Shown in pieces: positions 39,851 to 51,969 of a DNA stretch of 64,000 bases. Origin of the DNA: Phoronis australis (taxonomy: Eukaryota; Animalia; Phoronida); NCBI GenBank assembly GCA_002633005.1, contig NMRA01000203.1, positions 413,818-477,817 on the forward strand, written 5' to 3'. Below the pieces are notes generated by a model. That model searched no databases. It was given only the letters and a program-made list of their open reading frames with translations, and was not told where the DNA came from. Both the position numbers and the translations under genes were made by a program. How positions within the stretch are numbered: the first letter of the stretch is position 1; the number at the start of each line of letters is the position of its first letter.

Positions 39851-40800
39851 GTTCAGTTTTTCCTGTTTGACACGTTCTCCTTGTTTTTTTTCCTTTTTTT
39901 CTTGGATAATACTTCAGGAATCAAGGAAAATGCTTGATTTTTAGAGGTAAAAACAGAAAAATTTCCTGAGCGGGAGGGGGGGGGAGACCTCCCCCATTCG
40001 GTGCTATGTGCATCTACAATTGTGGTTCAGTTTGTGCAAATGCTTGCAGCCGGACAAAATGTTGGGCCCCCCCTTGTAATATCCTAGATCTGCCACTGAT
40101 AGAGCTCAGAGTCGTTGTTGTGTATATAGATTTCGCTCCCCCATTGTTAGGCTGCGTCAAGGGCCTTACCGAAAACTACTACGGGAGATAGTGCCCGACA
40201 GCGTTTTTGTTAGTGTTGGTGTTTTATTGTTCAATAAGAAATTGGGGGCGCAGCAAGAACCCAGGTAACGTTCCGTTTTTTTTTGTCAAGAGGGAGAATA
40301 TGACTATTTTGCGTGGGAAATTACAGTACTTAATGATAATACGTCGATTTGGCCGTGTGTCAAATAGCGGGACATTTAGATGGTGTGGCGTGATGGCGGA
40401 GAAAAATCAAAAAAGCGCTATGAGCGGGGCAATTAGCAAATACACTCTACGCTGTCATCAACACGAGGTACTGTACCCTGTCGGTACGTCTTTGTGTGTT
40501 GCAGCGACCATTTCACCCTTACGTTTTGGCTTAGACCCAGGTGACCTGAAACGTAAGATTCCAAAATGGCGCATGTACGCACTGATTTTGACTCCACATT
40601 GTCGCCACACTAAAATCGGATGACCGTAAGGATGTTTTAAACCCCAATTAGCGCAGCGGTTAAGGATTCAGAATGGGCGAAAAGTAGCTTCATTTTTATA
40701 ACAAGTGAAACTAAAAAGTGTTTAAAATCTTAAAATACGCCCCATTTGACGAGACCGAGGAGCGACTCGGAAGTCTCTAGTCTAATGATCATTCGGTGAT

Positions 40801-41173
40801 CGAACTTCAAAACCATACACTTGCCCGGACTTCAAAACCAGCTGGCTGGGCTGCAAAACCCAATGGCCAGTGTCCCAACTAAGTGGTCGGACCTCAAAAC
40901 GCGATGTCCGCTACCTCAAACCCAGATGGCCGCACCCAAAAACTAGTTGGCTGGACCTAAAACGGGTTGGCCGGTGATCAAATGCAGTGGCCGGTCTACT
41001 TTCAAAGCGAGTCTCCGAGGCATGATTCAGCTGTCGTGTTTGATCACCGGTTATCGTGTTTTAGGTGCAGCCAACTATATTTTTGCATGAAGCAATCGCG
41101 TTTTGATTACCGGTCATTTGGTTTTGCAGTCCAGTCGACAGCTTTTGAAATCCGGGCAAGTGGTTTTGAAGTC
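40801..41173. mobile_element. Foldback element with arms built of ~21-bp units
   Basis: gaacttcaaaacca..cacttgcccggacttcaaaacc...gctgcaaaacccaatggcc is inverted to ggtcatttggttttgcagtcc...gaaatccgggcaagtggttttgaagtcc. Confidence 0.75.
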
Positions 41174-43975
41174 CCACCAATTGTTCATCCCTCCCTTGGT
41201 AAATGTACGCGAAAAGTTGCATTTGGATGTACAACTGGTATGATAACAAGATTAACAACGTTAATACGAGACAGTGTATTCGAGCCACAATCCCAAACCG
41301 AGACCTAACGTCATAGTACACATGCAATTTATTGGGCCTAAGAGAACCAGAATCGGCCAAATGTTATTCTTTGAAGAACACGAACACCATGTTGACAGCT
41401 TACAGAACAGTGAAATCAAACGCACGAAATTCATTTGCATCATTTAACAAAGAAACATCAGCTTTACATATATATGTGCGTGCCAAGTCAATAACATAGA
41501 CTTTGATTGGAAACAAAATAAAACATTAAACGTATGTTAAACCTCGGTCTGTCGATTTCGCCTAAAACAGGTATTGTACAATTAGTACCTCCCGTGAGAG
41601 ATAAAATCATAATTCTACAAAACAAATCCTGAGTCGCAAAGTAGATCTTTTGTTCGAAATGAAATGTCTTTCCTCAAAAGCAGCAAATAGACTTTTTTCA
41701 GGTAGCGCACCCTCCGATGGCCACACGTTATTGTTTGACGGTGTTTTTCGCTAACAATGAAATTAGTAAGAGGTAGGTGACGTTAGTCTGCCTTGCGTTT
41801 CGTAGACTTGTAAAGTACTTTCAGGGAAAATTTTCGCTTAAGGAAAGGAAACAGTGAATGCTTTTGCACAAGTCTGCATACCATTCCCACTGATCAATTT
41901 CTTCAGTGGTAGCCAGTTTGCAACGGTACAGTAGTAAGGTTCCGTGCAGACTCGCGAAACACTCGCGTGATTTTGCGTGGTCTTGCATTTTCACGTCTAA
42001 GGAACGCACTCCAGATTTTGCTGACATTGTCAGGAGTTTTAAAACGTTTCAAGTTTTCTAGGGTTGTAAGATGACACAATTTCGTCTCAACGATTTACGT
42101 GATTTAGTTTTATAATTTACATAAAACATGAATTTGTATCACTTTGAATAAGTTACAGACACAAATGAGTCTATCCACAGGAAATTGTAAATATCATTAA
42201 CCAATAGACCACACTTCCCTAAAGAAGACGTAATCCCACTTTGCAAAATATACAAATTGGTCAGGGTATGAAATTAGTACATCGAATCAACTAATACAAA
42301 AATGATGTTCGAATATAGTTTGATTTTAATCAGATTTCCACAAGAGACGTTCTTAAACTTTGCATAATAAATCTATCGCAAACCGGAATGAAAAACTCGT
42401 AAGTGATGAGCAATTCAAATGTTGTTGTTGCTTGCCAAAGTGAGATCATGTGACCCACATCAACACTTCAAACACAACTGCACGTGTATATGAAACAGCC
42501 GCACAGGTTAGGATGTAAAAATCATTTCATCACTCCTAAGTTAAAACGTGAATTAAGAGCAGGCTTCAACGTAAACCTCATTTACAGTTGAAAACTGGAC
42601 GTCAGTTCCGCCTCGAGATCTTTACCATTTTGTTCACAATATCACACCCTCGGTAGAGCAGAGCAACAATCCCCTGTGGATGTCACTGACTGTAGGGGTA
42701 CTTCAAGTCAGAAACTACGATGACAAATGGTGGCCCTATTTACTAGATCTCGCAAAAGAATAAATTCCAAAGAAAGCTAGTTATTTTTTTATTTTGGTTT
42801 CACAGGCGTTTTTATGGTGGCGGCTGGAAAACCGTGGCTAGAAACACAAGTGAACTGCAGGTTTAAAGCCATTAGTAGTCAATTTCAGACTTTTTTGATT
42901 TTGTCCTATATCGTGTTCTGTTTACAGATTCTACTCAGTGTCTACTCAGCGTGCCCACAACTCACGCGTTCAGAAAGACACTAGTTGAAAATCGGAAATG
43001 TCGAAAAACATTAAAAAATTGCGGTCCCTTGTCATAAAAAGAAACATAGACATATGCTACTACACTATGCATTACAACTTAGGAACATAAAATATTGGTA
43101 TGCAACAAATGGTTTAACAGGGCCACCGTTGATTATCTCATAAACATCAAGTCCATGAACAATTAAGCACCTTGTCAAGAGACAATAACGTAGAGTTGTA
43201 CCCAAACAAGGTAAGGTGATCAAGAGAAAGTAATCGTTCGTACATTCAAATTATAAAATTTGAGCACAATGTTTTGAATAACCACTAATATTCTTGAACA
43301 ACGCATTACAATATTTCATTCCAACGGTGTGGCAATATCAAACTTTAACATCAAAAGAGGTCAGTACAAAATGGCAGTACCAACCAATCTTACATAAACG
43401 TGGTTCTTCAAATACTGGAATTCCTTACTCTACTTCCGAACAACAAGTCGCCGCCAACAGCAAAAGATTTATAGCTCAAATTGCAGCTGTTATTGAAGGG
43501 ATGCTTAGTTCAGAAACCTCCATGGAAACAACCAACTTCTGGACTGCAGGAAACGGGGTGGGCATTTACTACCTATAATTTGCAGTGTAGATGGCAAAAT
43601 TGGGAGTCAGGGCCGGGAGAGCGGAATTGGCGACGACCGGGGGAGCAGAGAATAATAATTTGCCTATACCCCCAAAATAACTTTTAACCTTCTCACTGGC
43701 CCGAGCCTGAAATACTCTAATTACAGTTGTTACAGGAAACTACACCAACAGCCTGTGTGACGTTATTGCTTTGACATACCTGAGGATTACACAAAGAGTA
43801 ACCATTGCAGCAACTTCTAACTAACAATAAAAAATACAAGCGAACAATGAATTCCAATGATATTACACCTGGTAGGCAACCGTTTATCTACAAGTACTGA
43901 CCAGACTAGAAAAAGATGTGTACTCAAAACAGCAAGTGTAAGAAAATACAACAAATTAAAGTTCTGATAGCTTGT

Positions 43976-44100
43976 TTAGATCAGTAACGGAGCTGGCGGA
44001 CTGTGCAGAAGCGGCTGGTGGCCCTTCAATCTGTTCTTCTCTATCAGATCAAGCATGAAGTCAATTAGAATTTTGAAGAAGTCGGGAACACAGTTGTAGC
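43976..44100 (-). CDS. ITPK1: ITPK1 last coding exon (GYNCVPDFFKILIDFMLDLIEKNRLKGHQPLLHSPPAPLLI*)
   Basis: tgtttcAG acceptor at 44102-44101; completes PGY..V.DFF; TAA at 43978-43976. Confidence 0.9.
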
Positions 44101-44363
44101 CTGAAACAGACGAGCGTAGGGTTTTTGGACCAACCTGAACAAAATATGTAAAAGTTCAGCATGCCGCCATGTACTGCCCATAAAAAGACATGCCTCTCAG
44201 TATATGTTTTAATACCTTCATTATCGGCACCGTTGCTGTCAACATCACCAACATCGTCATCAGTTATTACAAAAACTATCACCATCACCTATATTTTCTG
44301 CATAATCATCGTAGTCGTGATGCCACAAAGATTTACAGCCAGCTCTAATGAAAACCAACTTAC

Positions 44364-44529
44364 CAGGGAATGCGTTGATGTCTATGATGGCGTACTTGCC
44401 CGTTTCATCCTCTATGATGACATCGATGCCGAGCAGTTTCATGCCGGCCACTTGCTTGATGCTGTCTGCGATCAGTTTCAGCTTACCTTCCTTGGGCGGA
44501 ATGTGTCCGCACTGGTCGCCGAAGTCCAT
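44364..44529 (-). CDS. ITPK1: ITPK1 exon (…GMKLLGIDVIIEDETGKYAIIDINAFP)
   Basis: ccgcAG / GTAAGT boundaries, 166 nt; metal-binding GIDVII and IDINAFPG motifs intact. Confidence 0.95.
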
Positions 44530-45128
44530 CTGCGGAACAGAGAGGGAGGGCAAGGCACATTAACCGAGGAGTATAGAGATCAATCGGAAGGAGTGGGTAA
44601 ATAAAACACTGGAAAACGTGGCAAACAACAATGAAGAGACAACGACGGTCAAGATTTTTGACAGCGATTGCACTTGACCAAGTTCGCCAGGCCAACGGGC
44701 AAAGACATGTGATTGCTTTGTAGAGAAATTCACCATCGAGATCCAACGAGATGTCTCAGCCGGTTCACCAGCGGAATCAGCGAAGTCAATCTCAGTGTAC
44801 CTCTCATCACCTTAACGTGTGCCTTGGACACACGGTGAGGGTATTTTTATGTGCAAGAGTGTTTAAGTATTGAATAGTACTAGATGGCGTTCAAGATCGA
44901 AATGTTATAATTAACATCTACTACAGACGCACGTGTAGCTTCATATTAAGATGCACAAAACATAGAATACACATCTGACGACTAACTTTTATCACATTCT
45001 GATGACTGACAAACCTTTCAGTTTCTCACAGATTCGGGAACGCAAACACAACTCTGAAAACGTAATCAGTACAAGAAACGACAAAACCTGAAAGAGAAAC
45101 AAGGAATGTCTCAAAAAACCGTTCTCAC

Positions 45129-45196
45129 CTTGGTCAAAAACACCGAAGATTTTTCTTTTGAGACATCAAATGTATGAAAGAATATGGTTGCGTTAT
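45129..45196 (-). CDS. ITPK1: ITPK1 exon (DNATIFFHTFDVSKEKSSVFLTK)
   Basis: gtttttcAG / GTGAGA boundaries, 68 nt, IFF...VSK..SS..LT motif. Confidence 0.9.
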
Positions 45197-45517
45197 CTGA
45201 AAAACAGTGAAGACAAATTTGTAATTCCCGTGAAGAGGATGTTGATGTTTGGAGTAAGGTAATAATGGTTGACTAATCACGGGCATAAATGTTGTTACGC
45301 CAGTGCAAGTTTCCAACCATAGAAATATTAGAATTTCATATAAAAGACAAGAAAGGAAAAAACACCAGAAATGGAAATTATGGAACTACAGAAAATTCTC
45401 ATAAGAGATGGCGTTTACCCGATAAGAGCGCACAACCCCAAAACTGCCTTGGTGCACACAGATTTGCTTACGTGATAAGACAATCTCATTCTCATGGGAG
45501 TAGCGATTTTGTCTTAC

Positions 45518-45677
45518 CTTTAGCCGTGAAGTTTTTCAACGAGGGCCTTTCAACAAAGAACAAATCGTCGCCTACTATGTATAGTTTATACAACGTGGCG
45601 CTGTGGTTCACAAATTCCTGCGCGATGTAAGGCGCCTTTAAGTCCTGAAGACCCTCCAAATTAAAAACTAGCGCCAT
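45518..45677 (-). CDS. ITPK1: ITPK1 exon (MALVFNLEGLQDLKAPYIAQEFVNHSATLYKLYIVGDDLFFVERPSLKNFTAK)
   Basis: ttacAG / GTAAGA boundaries; QEFVNH..LYK..VG...RPSLKNF ATP-grasp motifs. Confidence 0.95.
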
Positions 45678-46085
45678 CTGTAATTAACAACACAACGATG
45701 TTGTCTGTGCTTAAGTTTCCAAATTGTTCTTACGTTTTCGACAAAGACATGTTTCGAACCGCTGCAACTTATTATTCTATTCATCATCTAAGTACCACGC
45801 GACACTGCAGCACACTGTTACGTATTCCCGCTAGGGGGCAGATTTGAGTTTTATCCGAGAGTTCTAGTTGGTCGGCTATGGTGAGCAGACGTGTGATGAA
45901 TTATCTGACCACTGAGGCTGGACTTTCTTATGTTTTGTTTATATACTTTGAAAGTACTGAGCGATATTTTTGTTAATGTGTCGAGCCTTTGCAACGATGT
46001 GGACAGCAGCGTCTAGTTCACAGAACTTGACTGTATTATTTTGGTGGAGTCTGTGGAACGCATGAGGACCGTTTGGTGATGAAGA

Positions 46086-46230
46086 CATGGGCGGCTCACC
46101 ATAGCGGGCTGGGGGGAGGGCTATAGCCCCACTTTTTCAATGCTATGCCGCACGTGGTCTGATGGCGGTGCGCCACAGGGGGCTGAGAGGGCTTTAGACC
46201 CCCACATTTTTCAGTGCTGCGCCGCCCATG
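46086..46230. mobile_element. 145-bp MITE in an ITPK1 intron
   Basis: Perfect 10-bp TIR CATGGGCGGC / GCCGCCCATG flanked by a 5-bp direct repeat GAAGA (46081-46085, 46231-46235). Confidence 0.85.
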
Positions 46231-46726
46231 GAAGACTGAATATACCGCAAGTTTCAAGTGTTGAACTGTTGGTGCTGCATTGGAATCTGTCTTCGTCCCA
46301 AGTTTTGTGTAAGTTGTCAACATGTTTGTAAATATGTAAATAGATATTAATTTTTATCAGGATAACCGAAAAGTGGTTATCTTCGTTTATATTACGGTAA
46401 CAACACAAATCTAAAAAATAACTGGAGGTATATTGCGATAATGATGCTTTTAAAACAAAAGCTGAATATTTCAAAGGGCTCAAAATGGAAGTTTTTTCAT
46501 GCTCTAACCTACGAAAAAGTCCCGACTTACTTGCAGGAAAGAACATAAACAATATTACTGTCTATATAATGAGATGTCTGCATGGAAGCAAGAGACATTA
46601 AAATACTACTGTACAATTTGCTTGGCACAACGCTGGTATAGCCTGAGTTTGAACAAGTTTGCTTGAAAACAACACCATTGTTTTGTGTATCATGGGTTAC
46701 CTTTACAGTGTCATAAGGGAACTTAC

Positions 46727-46758
46727 ATCGTGCACTTCTGCCAAGTAGGGTTTCACTA
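46727..46758 (-). CDS. ITPK1: ITPK1 32-nt exon (VVKPYLAEVHD)
   Basis: tttctcttgtAG / GTAAGT boundaries; phase 1->0 bridges the flanking exons in frame; carries the ATP-binding Lys and the His of the ...SHEM motif. Confidence 0.8.
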
Positions 46759-47349
46759 CTACAAGAGAAACATTGTAAGAGGTCAAGTTCCTGATACACT
46801 CACAAACACAACAGATCACAAGGATATGCAGACAAACTTCATTATGTAGGATCTCGGCACCAGCTGGCCGGTCTACGACAAATATTTGAAAATGACAATT
46901 CAAATAGAAACGAGAAGAAAGAATTCGTGTGGTGACAAGACGACTTCATTAGAACTAATAAAAAAATTAACAATGGTGAGTTTATGAAAGCTCCAAGCCT
47001 CAATTCAACACAATTCTACAAGTGTCCGATTCCAATTTGCATTCATTGAAAGGACTGACAAATTGGGTATTATGGTTCTGGGTAGTCTTCCCCAAAGTTG
47101 TTGTGTAACTCGCCTAAAGCGTAGGTCACACTTGTCCCTTAGGCAGACTATGTAAGGAGTTTAGAAACTGCTCCAAATTTTTGAGGATTGTAGAGCGTTA
47201 CAGAGCATTAGTTTGCTTCAGAACTGAGTGGGAAAGTTGTTATCAATATCTCTTAACAGGCCAAAATCCGACTGGTTTTGGACCGTTTTAAGTTAAAAGA
47301 CTTACAGCAACGAGCATGCTACTAAAAATGATCTGTCAGTCGTTCTTAC

Positions 47350-47448
47350 CCACTGGGAACTTCATGTCACTCTCATGAAGTTTGCTTTTTATTGCATCAA
47401 TGTCGTTTGTGGAAATTTCAACAAATTTTGGAATGAACACCGTGTTGT
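47350..47448 (-). CDS. ITPK1: ITPK1 exon (DNTVFIPKFVEISTNDIDAIKSKLHESDMKFPV)
   Basis: tttcAG / GTAAGA boundaries, 99 nt, phase 1->1, matches the PxFxE...FP segment. Confidence 0.9.
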
Positions 47449-47794
47449 CTGAAAGATAGAAAATGCTTTTGTAAAGTGATACACATTGTACAGTAAACAA
47501 ATCATATAACTTGAAGCTATTAGCCACAGACAGTGACAAAGTCAATTTAAAAAACATCCAACATCAAGTCAGAATAAGCCATGTTTATTGTAAATAAATA
47601 TGTTGCTGAAAAAAAAAACTACATTCGGTACATAGCTTAACTGTATAAAATTTGGAACGCTAATTCACCGCATGAAAAATTATAAAGCGGTCACTATCAG
47701 TTTAAAGCCCTATGTAGCATGAAACAGTTTTTGTTTTATTGTACCACAAAAACCTGCCTACATACAAAACAATCAATCAGTCATTTGGCCCTAC

Positions 47795-47912
47795 CTTTTT
47801 TGCATATTTCACTCTCTTGTACAATTGCATACATGACATATCTGTCCAGCAGACGGCTTGCGTTATAAAAGTTGTCTAATGCTATAGTCTCTGGGTGACG
47901 ATCTAAAAACGT
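47795..47912 (-). CDS. ITPK1: ITPK1 exon (TFLDRHPETIALDNFYNASRLLDRYVMYAIVQESEICKK)
   Basis: tgtttcAG / GTAGGG boundaries, 118 nt, HPETIxLD...LLDR motif. Confidence 0.92.
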
Positions 47913-47916
47913 CTGA

Positions 47917-49728
47917 AACAAGAGCAATGGGCAGCGTTGAAATGCGCCCACGAATGCACTGCAAACGGTGTGCTTCTAGAATGTTTATTTTTGTCATAAA
48001 AATGGCCACAGGATGGTGAAAATACTTCGAATCCATCAAAAAATGAACAAATGTCACTATTTTTAATAGAAAGATATTTACCTCTATTCATGAAAATCCG
48101 TCAACGAGCTTTAGAGAAACAGAGCAAAACTGAAAAAACGAAATTCCCACTAGAGGGCAAAGCGTTCGTCCGATCCTTCTGAAAGTTGTCGTCTTCCATT
48201 GTCAACTTCATATGAATACACTTGGTAAATTTAAGATCCTGGAGATGGCCTAGAAGATACAGCTAAGGGCACAAAAAACAAAACTGCCTCTAGGAGGCGC
48301 CGCAGTAACTGAAGTCGGAAAATCATCGTCAACTGTCCTCTTTACATTAAGAACATGCAAGCCAATTTTCACAATCATCCTAAGAATGGTTTGGTTAACA
48401 GAGGGCGGACGCAAAAAACAGACAAGAAAACAGTAAAAATGGCCACTAGATGGCGCAAAATACATCGAATCTGTCTGAAAACCGGAAAATGTCACCGTTT
48501 CTTTAAAAGAAAGCTATATACCAAATTTAATGAAAATTCGTCAAGGAACTTTTAGAGAAACGGGAAAACGCAAAAAAAAAAATTTGCCACTAGGGAACAC
48601 AGTGTTCGTCAAATCCGTCTGAAAGTCGTCCTCTTCCAATGTTAACTTCATATAAATCAATCAATCAATGCCCGTCATCCCTACCAGGGTATAGGCCACG
48701 AATCAGAGATTTCCATTTTGTGCTGTCCTGGGCGATACACGAGTTAAATTTAACAAAGATGCTGCAGAGGGCGTAGGAGATACAGAATGGTATGGGCGCA
48801 AAAAAACAAACTGCCACTAGGAGGTGCCACAGTAGTCGAAGTCGTCAGAAAATCATTGTTAATCATCCTCTTCATAGTTAGTAAAAACATATATGACAAT
48901 TTTCACAATCATCCTTTGAGTGGCTTGGTTGACAGAGGGATAGACGCCAAAAATAGACTGGAAAACAGTAAAAATAGCCACTAGGAGGCGCAAAAAACCT
49001 AGAATCCATCTGAAAACGGGAGGACCGCGACACCTCATTAAATGAGCCAAATTTTATGGAAATCTGTTGAGGAAATTTGAAAATACTAAGGAAAACGTAA
49101 AAAAATAATATTCCCACTGTAGGGCACACCGGTAGTCCAATCTGTCCGAAAATCGTAGTCATCGGTTGTCAACCTCATATAAATACATTTGCTACATTTA
49201 ATAAAGATCCTGCAGAGCGTTTAGGAGATACAGCCATGGGCGAAAAACAAAACAAAACTGCCACTAGGAGGCGCCACAGTAGTCGAAGACGTCAAAAAAT
49301 CATCATCAACCATTCTCTTCACTGTAAGAACATACATACTAATTTTCATAATCATCCTTAGAGAGATTGGGTTGATAGAGGGGTAGACGCCAAAAACGGA
49401 CTCGAAAATGCTTCGAATCCATCCGAAAACGGGAGGACAGCATCACCTCATTAATAGATGCCTATGTGTCAAATTTCTTGAAAATCGGTTGAGGACCTTT
49501 GAAGATAAAGAAGCAAACATAAAAAACTAAAATTTCCACAAGGAGGCATATCGGTATTCGGGTCGGTCCGAAACTCGTCGCCCTCTGTCGTCAACCCCAT
49601 GGGAACACACCTGCCAAATTTCAATAAGATCCCGGAAGGGGTTTAGGAGATACAACCGCGGACGCTGGACGCCCCGACAGAGATGACGGCCATATGCACC
49701 CACATATAAATATGTGGGCGCACAATAA
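47917..49728. mobile_element. Helentron-associated (HINE/pearl-like) non-autonomous element with a ~440-bp internal tandem array
   Basis: Starts AACAAGAG with subterminal tgcgcccac (47943); ends with ggacg-type repeats, hairpin tgcacccacatat-aa-atatgtgggcgca (49695-49722) and caataaaa; about 4 internal units (aaactgccactaggaggcgcc at ~48281, ~48808, ~49254); inserted in an A/T run. Confidence 0.75.
48655..48733 (-). mobile_element. 3' stub of an RTE-clade LINE inserted in the HINE array
   Basis: Minus strand AQDSTKWKSLIRGLYPGRDDGH* followed by a (GATT)n tail; interrupts the catat.aatacac motif of one repeat unit. Confidence 0.7.
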
Positions 49729-51077
49729 AAAGGCAGTTTTCAAATGAATAACTTAAGTTTTCTTTATCTTAAGAGAAGAACGCAATTTTCCCACACCAAA
49801 TGAGCGTATATTTTGTTGCTGTAAAACAAAGAGAATACATCAAAACGATACGGGGAAACAGATCACAGTCAATGCGCAGTTTCACAAAAATTATTATAAA
49901 ATGATAGGGGACAAATTCTCTTACAACCCGCTCTGGAGGAAGGATCATTTGTGGTTTCGTATAAAATACATTAGGCTAGCAACTGCTGAATAACAAAATT
50001 CTCAACACCTTTTCGGCCTGGATAAATAGACTCAAACTAAAGCCAATGCACTTAGTCGCTACTAGTTAGCCTACAATGGCCCCTGCAGAATAGCTATTCG
50101 ACTAAAATAACAATATTTTAGATACATGAGCTTGCAAATGCCAGACAGTTTACCAGAGACAGATGTCACACTTGACGCGGAGGACGCGGCTGAACTGCCT
50201 GTAAAAGCCATTAACTGGATTTTTAAGGGATCACCTCAAACAGCTTAATTGAACCACTGCGTGTGATAGAAACCAAACAGTGCGCTCATAAGTGTTTGAG
50301 GAGCGAACACGAACACGAAGAGGCAACCACAATGACAATATTAAACAACCAAATTCCATGGGAATCACATTTTAACGAAGGATGTTGAAACGTTACGATA
50401 CAGACGAGCCTTCAAATAATGGACAACTTCAAATTTAAGAGCTCAACTTGTAAGACAAATTAACATATCACCTGTTGGTGATTTCCAAACCAATCGAAAT
50501 CAAACACACTATCAGGCTCAAGACATTAGCAGTGTGAAGAAAGTTGAATTGCACTCGATCATATGTCTACATAAGTTCCCGGGTTAGTGTTACGACGTCC
50601 AAAAGACCTTCAGTTGCATGGAAAGCAAAGCTAAGTCTAAAGTGGAAACCAAGGATGCGTTCCATAGTACTAGTTTTGTGCGTATTTGACGAGATCACAG
50701 AAGAAAACACCAAAATCTCGAGTCAGAGTGTTTCGGTAGTAAACTCGTAGACCTTACCCTAACCGGAAGCTGAGTTTGCTATGCTTAGAGGGTGACGCCT
50801 CCTCTAGGATATCACGAAAGAAAATGTCGGAGTTGCTGATCTGTTGTCTATAACCTATAGATTTACAAACGAAATAAATATCTATTTCCTCGTAGTATTC
50901 GTGAGGGGTCTTTTGAAAAGAGGTATTTTCATAACAGAGGTCACCCTCACTTTAAATATTACCGTGAAAATAACTAAATAAGAGTAATAAATAATATGAT
51001 TCAGCAGGTAGAGCAGGGGTCATTGGATGAATGTGAAAGAACATCCATAAAACACGTGTGAAACTCCTCCCGCTTAC

Positions 51078-51203
51078 CTGGAATCGCTTCACCTGCATGT
51101 GCGCCTTGTCGCAGCCATTGTCGGCTTCGATGATCAAGTCGTTTATCTTGTGAATGATTAGATCAAATGGTCCCTGGTCATCTAAGCTTTGGTCGAAATC
51201 AAG
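51078..51203 (-). CDS. ITPK1: ITPK1 exon (LDFDQSLDDQGPFDLIIHKINDLIIEADNGCDKAHMQVKRFQ)
   Basis: AG/GTAAGC boundaries, 126 nt, conserved QGPFDxIIHK motif of the ITPK1 N-terminal domain. Confidence 0.93.
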
Positions 51204-51944
51204 CTGAAAACAAAATTAGAATAGCCTTATGTTTAATTCGAGTGCTGACACTGCTGTCCAGATTGGGTAAGGAATGATGACTGAAGGGGCAAACCAAAAA
51301 TAGTACACAAGCTTGCCAAACAGCGCTAGTGAATGGTGGCATGTACACAGTCACTAGAATCTGCTGCTCATATTCCTGTACTTCCAAAAAGTAACAAGCA
51401 GCTTTAACAGTTCAAAACTAACACTTAAAGAGAAATGCAAGTTTGTAAGGTAAAACATGCAATTACACTTGAAGTAGTTCAAAATTCCACCCATCCAAAA
51501 ATTAGTTGATGCAGACCTGTCCGGTGACCTTCCTATACGACGGCAAGCGTCATAAAGATTCAAGTTGTCTGTCTCTTTGTTCCACTGCCGCTCGAGAGGG
51601 TACCGGATGTGATGTTTAGAAACATCGGGAGATCGGCAGATGACGACGTAGAAATCTGGACAATTTTTTACTCCACAGTAAGAGTCACTCAGTAAGGAGA
51701 TTTTTAGAGATTTCAAAAGGGCTTTTTGCTAAATATTTTAGCGCAGCAGGTAATTTTCAGTAGCACAAAGATATATGGTATGGTCGTGGAGAATATTAAC
51801 ACGCTATACATCAATCTATACATCAGTTTTCACACTAGTACGAATACAACAACGTACATAAGGCTATAGTTAAGTCAAATTTACAAAATTGCGACAATGA
51901 AACCGTAGCAACAACTGTGAAAAGAAAATCCCAAAAATACTCAC

Positions 51945-51969
51945 GCGAACAAGTTCCAACGACGGTATT
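51945..51969 (-). CDS. ITPK1: ITPK1 25-nt micro-exon (IPSLELVR)
   Basis: ttttttcAG|a ata ccg tcg ttg gaa ctt gtt cgc|GTGAGT; corresponds to the KRGMEVVQ segment of vertebrate ITPK1, phase 2->0. Confidence 0.75.

Noticed and set aside
50154-50198. 45-nt exon-like segment with good splice sites (GSSAASSASSVTSVS) in an ITPK1 intron
   Set aside because: Open only in phase 1, but the host intron is phase 0, where it reads into a TGA; no support as a coding cassette, though a poison exon cannot be excluded.
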